Shown here piece after piece: positions 57,192 to 64,000 of a stretch of 64,000 nt of DNA (the stretch's first letter is position 1; each line of letters begins with the position of its first letter). Under the pieces are notes generated by a model. That model did not search any database and was not told the origin of the DNA. It saw only the letters and a program-made list of their open reading frames with translations. The translations under genes were made by a program, and so were the position numbers. This DNA comes from Candidatus Eiseniibacteriota bacterium (lineage in GTDB: Bacteria; Eisenbacteria; RBG-16-71-46; JABDJR01). The stretch covers positions 608,001 through 672,000 of the forward strand of contig CAWANH010000028.1 of NCBI GenBank assembly GCA_963783375.1. The letters run 5' to 3'.

Positions 57192-58121
57192 CTACTCCGT
57201 CCGCTTCACCGCCCACGGCATGGTCCGGTTGTCCGACGCCGCCTCGTCGAACGCGGACACCGCGATGATTCCCACCGTGAACTCGGCGGGGAGGAGCGCC
57301 ACCCCGCGCTCTACCGCCTCCGCCGCCCCCATGCCCGCCTCCAGCCAGTCGTACACCTGTTTGGCCAGGACCCGCCGCATGATCTCCTCCCCGTCGCCGG
57401 TGGTGGCCACCGCTCCGCGGGGACCCGCGTAGAGACCGGCCCCGATCACCGGGGTGTCCCCCACCCGGCCGAGGAGCATGATCGAGGTCCCGCCGGTGCT
57501 CAAGGCGACCCCGAACCGGCCCTCGGCGTCCCGCGCCACCGCCCCCACCGTGTCCGAGGGTCCCGCGATCTCCTTCAACGACTCCTGGACGTCCGACGGG
57601 AAGTTCCAGTAGTCCCGCGGATCCCGCCCCTGCCAGGACACGAACCCGTCGGACCGCTCCCGCCCGGCGAAGAACTCACGGACCTTGGCGATCCGCTCCC
57701 GCGCGCGATCGGAGACCGGGTAGAACTCCGGCACTCCGCGCGCCCGGGCGAACGCGGTCGCGCCCTCCCCGGCGAAGAGCAGATGCGGCGACTCCATCAC
57801 CATCCGGGCCACCCGGACCGGGTTTCGCACCATCTGGATCGCCGCCACCGCCCCGAACCGGAGCGAGCCGTCCATGACCGCGGCGTCCATCTCGATGGTG
57901 CTTCCGTCCAGACGGAAGTTCGAGCCGATGCCCGCGTTCAACCGCGGATCGTCCTCCAGCACCACGGTGGCCCGCACCGAGGCCTCGAGGGCGCTTTCCC
58001 CCGCCCGCAAGGCGGCAAGCCCCGCGTCGCACGCGGCAAGACAGGCATCGTCGTGCTCGCGAGGGCCCCCCGCCCCTCCATGGGACACCACCGCCGCCGG
58101 GATCTTTCGCTTCGCGGTCAC
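57192..58121 (-). CDS. Isoaspartyl peptidase/L-asparaginase (Ntn hydrolase)
   Basis: HGGAG, LEDDP..NAG.GS, EMDAA.MDG, D/TVGAVA cleavage site, STGG, GRVGDTP..GAG, TGDGE. Confidence 0.92.
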   Translation of the reverse strand: MTAKRKIPAAVVSHGGAGGPREHDDACLAACDAGLAALRAGESALEASVRATVVLEDDPRLNAGIGSNFRLDGSTIEMDAAVMDGSLRFGAVAAIQMVRNPVRVARMVMESPHLLFAGEGATAFARARGVPEFYPVSDRARERIAKVREFFAGRERSDGFVSWQGRDPRDYWNFPSDVQESLKEIAGPSDTVGAVARDAEGRFGVALSTGGTSIMLLGRVGDTPVIGAGLYAGPRGAVATTGDGEEIMRRVLAKQVYDWLEAGMGAAEAVERGVALLPAEFTVGIIAVSAFDEAASDNRTMPWAVKRTE

Positions 58122-59455
58122 GGGTTTCCTCCCCGGAGCGTCTGCTCCTTCATGCCCAGGATCTGCACCAGCTTCCGGCCCATCCGGTTCCAGAACGAGG
58201 CCAGGAGCGGCTTCCGTCCGAATCGCTCCGCGTAGTCGCGGAGCGCCCGCGCCATGCCCACGTCCCGGCCCTCGGTCCGGCTCAGGAAATACTTGTGGGT
58301 CATGACCTCCACGTACAGTTCCGAAGCGGTCTTTCCCGGAAAGAGATCCAGGACGTCCTCGTTCCGAAAGAGCGCGCACACCGGGACGAAGACCCGTTCG
58401 TACCAGTCGGCGGCGGCCTCGATCGACGGCAGTTCGCGCCCTGCCTGCTCGCTCAGGTACCACTTGTGCTCGTCGATGTGGCGTTCGAGGGTCTCGAGGT
58501 AGGTCGCGTCCCGCACCCGGCCCAGGAGCGCGCGCACGTCGAGGCCGGTTCGCTCCCCGAAAGCGCGCTCCTCGACGGCGATCCGGTACCGCCGGTCGTA
58601 CTCCCCCCGCAGGTATTCCAGATCGTCTCCGGTGACCCGGGGTTCGGGAACCAGGCCGGCCAGGCGGAGATCCTCGCTCAGCCACACCAGCCCCTCCAGG
58701 AAACCGTCGAGGTCGGCCCGGCGGAGCGCGTCGGAGAGCCGGTCGCGGATCTCCACCGTCTCCGCGTCGGCCAGCACCGCGCGAAGGCGGGTGACCCGGC
58801 CGACCAGAGGCACCTCTTCCTTGGTGAACCGGATGAGGGCGTTGGCCGGCGAGGCGTCTCCCCAGTAGACCCCCCCGGCATGGAGATCGGTGAAGAGGTC
58901 GAGGAGGGCGTCCCAGATCCGGCGGCGATTCTCGTGGGCGAACCCCAGGGGCACCAGCAGCGAATCGGGCACCACGCGCTCGGCCAGACGGGTCACGGTG
59001 TGACCGGTCACGCGGTGGCTGATCTGCTCCCCGGCCGCGGTCGGGACCAGGACCGGAGCGTCCTCGCGAATCACCGCGCCCATCGGTTCCAGCGCCTCGA
59101 TGCCGCGCCGGCGAAGCTCCCGGTAAACCGCGACTTCCCGACGCGCGCCCCCGCCGCCCAGCTCCTTCACCACCAGCTTCGCCCCGTTCACCTGGATGAA
59201 CGCCACCGGATGCCGCCCCACCCCGTGGCGGACCCGAAGGTGGTGGACCCCGAGATCCCGCCACTCGGCCAGCGGTTGTTTCCAGGGAAGCCGGCGGAGC
59301 GCCGCTCGAAGCTCCCGGTCGCCTTGCGCCGCGGGCTCCAGCTCGTAGCGGACCCTGGGGTAGCGGGGCCGGCGGGGAACGGCCCGGGTTCGCGGCGTCC
59401 GCCCGGCCCCGGCGTCCGGCGCGTGGGGGGGACGCGGCGCGCGACGGTGGGTCAC
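58118..59455 (-). CDS. Kinase-like (LPS kinase/Kdo-type) protein with DUF4032 C-terminus
   Basis: PLAEW, G..RH.V.F, VKE, LH..GVYWGD.S..N.L, LADAET, HKWYLSE..GRE and HKYFLS...GRDVG; start uncertain. Confidence 0.75.
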   Translation of the reverse strand: MTHRRAPRPPHAPDAGAGRTPRTRAVPRRPRYPRVRYELEPAAQGDRELRAALRRLPWKQPLAEWRDLGVHHLRVRHGVGRHPVAFIQVNGAKLVVKELGGGGARREVAVYRELRRRGIEALEPMGAVIREDAPVLVPTAAGEQISHRVTGHTVTRLAERVVPDSLLVPLGFAHENRRRIWDALLDLFTDLHAGGVYWGDASPANALIRFTKEEVPLVGRVTRLRAVLADAETVEIRDRLSDALRRADLDGFLEGLVWLSEDLRLAGLVPEPRVTGDDLEYLRGEYDRRYRIAVEERAFGERTGLDVRALLGRVRDATYLETLERHIDEHKWYLSEQAGRELPSIEAAADWYERVFVPVCALFRNEDVLDLFPGKTASELYVEVMTHKYFLSRTEGRDVGMARALRDYAERFGRKPLLASFWNRMGRKLVQILGMKEQTLRGGNP

Positions 59456-60174
59456 CGCGCTTCCAGCGCGGCTTCCACCACCGCGAGGTAGGCGTTCATG
59501 AACTCCCCGGCCTGCCGGCGCACAACCGGGTCGAAGGCGTCCGCGGTCCGCATCATGTCCCCGGCGGACTGGGCTTCGGGAGTGCGGGCCAGCTCCCCGC
59601 GATACCCCTCGATCCAGTGGACCAGGTCACCGGGGGTGATCTCGGGATGAAACTGCAAGCCGTAGGTGAGGGCCCCGTGTCGAAAACCCTGGTTCTCGGT
59701 GAGGCGGGAGCGGGCCAGGGCCACCGCATCCGGGGGGAGATCGAAGGTGTCGCCGTGCCAGTGGAAGGCGTGGGAGGTCCGCTCGGCCAGGTGGGCGGCC
59801 ACCGGCTCCGCTTCCCCGTCGCCCTCCAGCTCGATCGGGTACCACCCGATCTCCTTCGACGGGGCTTTCCGGACCCCGGCGCCGAGCGCGGCGGCCAGCA
59901 CCTGGGCCCCCAGGCAGATCCCCAGGTTGGCCCGGCCGGCCGCGATGCGCTCCCGGGCCAGGGCGATCTCTGCATCCAGGTAGGCGGGGTGATCGTAGAC
60001 CGCGTCGGGACCACCCAGGTAGAGCACCAATGCCGCCTCCGAGGCCCCGGCGGGAAGGTCCTCGGGCCGGGCCACGTCGTGCACCGCCGTCGACCACCCG
60101 CGGTCGCTGAGAGGGGCGGCCAGGGACCCCGGCCCTTCGAACGAAACGTGGCGGAGGATCACGCATCGATTCAT
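59452..60174 (-). CDS. Class I glutamine amidotransferase
   Basis: HV.FEGPG, GGP..VYD, LGICLGAQ, KEIGW, WHGDTF, LQFHPE. Confidence 0.92.
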   Translation of the reverse strand: MNRCVILRHVSFEGPGSLAAPLSDRGWSTAVHDVARPEDLPAGASEAALVLYLGGPDAVYDHPAYLDAEIALARERIAAGRANLGICLGAQVLAAALGAGVRKAPSKEIGWYPIELEGDGEAEPVAAHLAERTSHAFHWHGDTFDLPPDAVALARSRLTENQGFRHGALTYGLQFHPEITPGDLVHWIEGYRGELARTPEAQSAGDMMRTADAFDPVVRRQAGEFMNAYLAVVEAALEAR

Positions 60175-60194
60175 GATCGACCGAGTGTAGCAGC

Positions 60195-60230
60195 ATAAAT
60201 GAAGCCCCCGGACTTTCGCCCGGGGGCTTC
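60195..60230 (-). terminator. Intrinsic terminator (minus strand)
   Basis: GAAGCCCCCGG/CCGGGGGCTTC 11-bp stem; the - strand ends CTTCATTTAT. Confidence 0.7.
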
Positions 60231-60345
60231 GAAGTAGCGTTACCTGGGGGGGTAGGTACCGCTACGACACCCTGAAAACCAACTCAAGGTACCTGGCGGC
60301 CGCGGCGTCTCGCGGGACGCCGCATTGCCACCTGCGACCTTCCCG
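60195..60345 (-). ncRNA. Candidate small RNA (three hairpins, C-rich loop)
   Basis: Hairpins at 60286-60341, 60234-60265 (loop region CCTACCCCCCCAGG on - strand) and the terminator; no credible ORF. Confidence 0.4.
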
Positions 60346-60649
60346 GCCGCACTGTGGGTATCGGTTTCCCACCGCCGAACTTGAGGGGTATCGCCGCCCT
60401 TCCATCACGATTGCGTCCGAAAACGCAACCGGCGCCCGCGCCGTTTCGCTGCCGTCATAATCGATGGAACAACAAGCGCTTGGCGGGGCGGCGGTTTCCG
60501 GAGGAAGACGACCTTCTCCGCGGACCGGACCGGTTCAGGCCAACGGACGGTCGGGGGAAGGGGCTGGTAGACTCATTCGCTCCCGTGCCGCCCCGATCCG
60601 GCCCGGAAGCCGGGCGCGACGACGACGCCGACCGCGAAAGGAGTTCCGC

Positions 60650-62269
60650 GTGATCCCCGAATCGGAGTGGACGTTCTTCGAGGCCACCGAACAGCGCATC
60701 CGCCACCTGGAACGCCATCGGACCGAGAACGATCTCGCCCTCCACCGGGGGGAAGCCCCGGGATGGGATCCGGCCGAACTCGACGCCCGGCGCGCGGAAA
60801 TCGTCCAGGAAATGGACTACCCCGCCCGGGTGGAGCAGGCGCTGGCCCAAGCTCCCCCCGTCGACCAGGCCCGCCGGCTCGAGCACCACCGCGGCTGGAT
60901 CCTTCGCGCCGTATTCGAGACCCACCCCGAGATCGCGCCCTACCTCCACGAGTTGAAGGTGCGCCACCTCGCCTTTCGCCCCGAGGTGAACGGACGGCCC
61001 GCCACCCGCGCCGAACTCTCGCGCATCCTCGCCCACGAACCCGACCCGGGGCTGCGCGAAGCGGCATGGAAGGCCCTGACCCCCCTGGCTGAATCCCTGG
61101 CCGGGGACCTGACCGAGCTCTTCCGCCGCCGCCAGGCGCTGGCCCGCGCCGTCCTCGACTCCGGCTACGCTCCCGTGGCCTTTCATCTCCATCAGGAGGA
61201 TCGCCCGGAGGTGGTCGCCCTCGTCGACGGGATCGAGCGCTACACGCGAAAGCCCTACGGAGAGATCCTGCGCGACGTGGCCCGGGCCCTGGGCCGGCAG
61301 GAGGTGGAGGCCTGGGACCTGGACTACGGCCTCCGGCGCCTCGGCGCGGCGGGCGCCGGGAACGCGGGCGCGGGCGCCTTCCCTCCCGGGCCGTCCCCGG
61401 GTCCCGGCGTGAACCCCCTCCCCACCGCCCTCGACCAGGCCCGCCGCTGGGGGCTTCTCCCCGCCGGCCTCGCCGCTCGCGAAGCCGACTTCCCCTTCGC
61501 CTCCCGCGTCTTCGCGGGCGCCGCCCCGCACGATGTAAGCCTCCTCTGGCGCCCGGCCGGGGGTCTCGAAGGGTTCCGGACCGCGTTCGCAGGGGTGGGG
61601 CGAAGCCTTCCCGCGCTCCACGCCGGCCCCCGGGAGTTCCCGCTCTCCCAACCTCCCGCCGTCACCGAGGCCTCGGCGGAACTCCTGGCGGCGATCACCC
61701 GCGACCCGGCCTGGCTGGCCGAGACCACGGGAGCGGGGGCCCGCGAAATCGACCGGCGGATCGAGGTCGAGCGGGCGCTGCGGATCGTCCGCCTCCGGCG
61801 GCTCGCCGCGGGGGTCGCCTTCGAGAATCTGGTCTACGCCCAGAGCGACCTCGATCCCCATCGTCTCCACGCCGACGTTCGCGAGCAGATGCTCCAGGAG
61901 ACCCGGCGACCGGATGTGCGCTGGCCCCTGGATCCCACGCTGGTCGTCGACCCCCTCACCCGCGCCTCGGAGATTCTCGGTGCGTTGATCGCCGCGCAAC
62001 TCGGCGAACGCATGCGCGAACTCCACCCGGAACCGCGAAAGGCGCCCGAAGCGGGGGCCTGGATTCGCGAGAGCCTCTTCCTGTCCGATCTCCCCTGGTC
62101 GGAGCGCGTGGAGCGTGCCACCGGAAGACCGCTGGGGTTCGACGCCTTCGCTCGGGAAGCCGGTGTGTCGTTCGAGGGACCGGACCTCGCCGAGACCGAA
62201 GAGATCTCCGACGAGGCGGCCGAGGAATACTTCAAGGACATCGACCTGAGCGACCTGGACCTCGATTGA
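60650..62269 (+). CDS. M3/M2 metallopeptidase-like protein lacking HExxH
   Basis: AAGGAG SD plus GTG; L..EPD..LRE.AW, L..RR..LAR, WDL.Y, TEA.A; the expected HExGH position reads AGVGR; acidic tail. Confidence 0.65.
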   Translation: MIPESEWTFFEATEQRIRHLERHRTENDLALHRGEAPGWDPAELDARRAEIVQEMDYPARVEQALAQAPPVDQARRLEHHRGWILRAVFETHPEIAPYLHELKVRHLAFRPEVNGRPATRAELSRILAHEPDPGLREAAWKALTPLAESLAGDLTELFRRRQALARAVLDSGYAPVAFHLHQEDRPEVVALVDGIERYTRKPYGEILRDVARALGRQEVEAWDLDYGLRRLGAAGAGNAGAGAFPPGPSPGPGVNPLPTALDQARRWGLLPAGLAAREADFPFASRVFAGAAPHDVSLLWRPAGGLEGFRTAFAGVGRSLPALHAGPREFPLSQPPAVTEASAELLAAITRDPAWLAETTGAGAREIDRRIEVERALRIVRLRRLAAGVAFENLVYAQSDLDPHRLHADVREQMLQETRRPDVRWPLDPTLVVDPLTRASEILGALIAAQLGERMRELHPEPRKAPEAGAWIRESLFLSDLPWSERVERATGRPLGFDAFAREAGVSFEGPDLAETEEISDEAAEEYFKDIDLSDLDLD

Positions 62270-62347
62270 GAGCGCCGGCGGCGCCGCCCGGCAAACTTGA
62301 CCGCCGACAACTCGGGCACATTTCCCGCTGTCGCATCGCGCGCCCGG

Positions 62348-62356
62348 TGCTACAAT
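62348..62356 (+). promoter_or_regulatory. Extended -10 promoter (TGcTACAAT)
   Basis: TG-n-TACAAT immediately before the structured hflX leader. Confidence 0.55.
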
Positions 62357-62362
62357 GACTCC

Positions 62363-62641
62363 AGGAACCCGACTCGGGCGCCCATAAAGCAGGTCGGAGC
62401 CAGCGTGGCATGCACCGACGGCCCGCCGGCCTCCGGAGTACCAAGCTCCCGGCGAATCCGATCGGGGGAAAACGGCCCGCTCCCCGGTGAGTCCCTAAGG
62501 CGCGGGGAGCCGACCGGAGAGTTGGCGTGGCGGGGCGCTGGTGCAACCCACCAAGCCGGTGCCCCGCTACCCGACCAGGCGCGTCTCCGATCGCGAGCTT
62601 CATGCCGTGGACGAAACCGGCATGCTGGCCGCTCGGGTCCC
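62363..62641 (+). ncRNA. Candidate structured leader/ncRNA upstream of hflX
   Basis: 5' GGAACCCGA can pair with 3' TCGGGTCC; internal hairpins GCTCCCCG/CGGGGAGC, GCGGGGCGCTGG/CCGGTGCCCCGC, CATGCCG/CGGCATG. Confidence 0.4.
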
Positions 62642-62692
62642 ACGACGCCCCTTCCGGAATCGCGCCGACGTCCCGCAAGGAGGTAGCCCCCG

Positions 62693-63811
62693 ATTTACGA
62701 AGTAGAGGCCCAGGAGAATCGTCGGGAACGCGCCGTGCTCGTCGGCCTCGTTCCTTCGCCCACCGAAGAAGACTCCTTGAAGGAGCTTGCCCTCCTGGCC
62801 CGCACCGCCGGGGCCGACGTGACCGGCCGGATTCGCCAGCGTCGCGACTCCATAAACCCCGGGACCTTCCTGAGCCGCGGAAAGTTGGATCAGCTCGTCG
62901 CCCTCACCGAAAGCGACAACTTCGATCTGGTGATCTTCGACGACGATCTCTCCCCCGCCCAGGTCCGGAACCTCGAGGAACGCATCGAGAGAAAGGTGCT
63001 CGACCGGAGCGAGCTGATCCTGGCCATCTTCGCCGAGCACGCACGAACCCGGGAGTCGCGCCTCCAGGTGGAGCTGGCCCAGCTCGAATATCTCCTCCCC
63101 CGGCTCACCCGGATGTGGGTTCACCTCTCCCGCCAGCAGGGTGGGATCGGCACCCGTGGGCCCGGCGAGACCCAGCTCGAAGTCGACCGCCGCCGGGTAC
63201 GCGAGAAGATCGCGGTCCTGAAGCGCCGTCTCAACGAGGTGGACGTCCAGCGACGGGCCCAGCGCGCCCGCCGCGGGCACATCCATCGCACCGCGTTGGT
63301 GGGCTATACGAACGCCGGGAAGTCCACGCTGATGAACGCCCTCACCGGGGCCGGGGTACGGACGGAGAACCAGCTTTTCGCCACCCTCGACGCCACCACC
63401 CGTCGGTACCGGTTCCCCGGGGGACAGGTGACCCTTTTTACGGACACGGTTGGATTTATTCGAAAGCTACCCCATCACCTGGTGGCATCCTTCCGGTCGA
63501 CCCTTCAGGAAGTGGTGGACGCCGATCTGCTTCTCCACGTGGTGGACGCGGCCAGTCCCGGAGCCGAAGAGCAGATCGAGACGGTGATTCGCGTTCTGAC
63601 CGAGCTGGGCGCCGCCGACAAGCCCACCCTCCTCGTTCTCAACAAGATCGACGCGGCGGACGAGGTGGAAATCATGGGGCTCCGGGCAAGGCACGCCGCG
63701 GCTCTGCCGGTGTCGGCGGAGCAGAGGACCGGTCTCGGGGACCTCAGGGACGAGGTCCTGGCGCGGGTCGTCCAATCCAACGGACGGATTTCTTCCGACA
63801 TGCCCGGCTGA
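62693..63811 (+). CDS. hflX: GTPase HflX (apparent ATT start)
   Basis: L.EL..LA.TAG, LSPAQ.RNLE, LQVELAQL.Y.LPRL, GTRGPGETQLE.DRR, GYTNAGKST, LFATLD, DTVGFI, NKID. Confidence 0.95.
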   Translation: MYEVEAQENRRERAVLVGLVPSPTEEDSLKELALLARTAGADVTGRIRQRRDSINPGTFLSRGKLDQLVALTESDNFDLVIFDDDLSPAQVRNLEERIERKVLDRSELILAIFAEHARTRESRLQVELAQLEYLLPRLTRMWVHLSRQQGGIGTRGPGETQLEVDRRRVREKIAVLKRRLNEVDVQRRAQRARRGHIHRTALVGYTNAGKSTLMNALTGAGVRTENQLFATLDATTRRYRFPGGQVTLFTDTVGFIRKLPHHLVASFRSTLQEVVDADLLLHVVDAASPGAEEQIETVIRVLTELGAADKPTLLVLNKIDAADEVEIMGLRARHAAALPVSAEQRTGLGDLRDEVLARVVQSNGRISSDMPG

Positions 63812-64000
63812 CCCGCCCGCGCCTCCGGCATGCCCCCCCCCCGGTCGGCGACCGATTCTCGGCTCGTTTCCATCCGGAAATCCGGGACCTATACAAAACC
63901 GGGGGCTATTCTTACCGATCTCGGCTATACTCCGGCTTGGCTCATTCCCCCACGCTGCATCCCGGCCGGATAGAATTGAATTTGCCGGGAGGCTGCGGGC

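Noticed and set aside
60205-60220. CCCGGACTTTC resembling the RNase P P4 complement
   Set aside because: It is part of a terminator hairpin; the other RNase P elements are absent
62484-62620. Hammerhead-like pieces (CCGGTGAGTCC...GGACGAAAC)
   Set aside because: The core CUGAnGA has two substitutions and I could not form stems I and III

Overview
High-GC bacterial chromosomal window; the host cannot be named from sequence alone. 1-24.5 kb is housekeeping/accessory: B12-radical SAM, AKR, ATP-grasp, MoaD-like plus beta-propeller, RluA, MsrB, OsmC, ClC, ABC exporter, thioredoxins, UdgB, HAD, GT-C, arsR-arsC-acr3. Indels cluster at about 3.8-6.4 kb and look like assembly errors. The centrepiece is an integron with an unusual layout. 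A NusG/RfaH-family paralog (24802-25527) is followed by an ops-like motif, a co-oriented integron integrase (25686-26765, carrying a 12-bp duplication in the IntI-specific patch), an attI beyond the intI 3' end, and ten cassettes bounded by attC sites (27019-36963, including two TA-like cassettes). Next comes a zone of broken cassettes and degenerate attC sites (37-43 kb), then a tail of short cassette-like genes without visible attC to 57.1 kb. All genes called from 24.8 to 57.1 kb are on the + strand. The last 7 kb holds a GATase/DUF4032-kinase-like/isoaspartyl-peptidase operon, a candidate sRNA, a probable pseudo-metallopeptidase, and hflX with a long structured leader and an apparent ATT start codon. 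All product calls come from motif recognition by eye; no searches were run.
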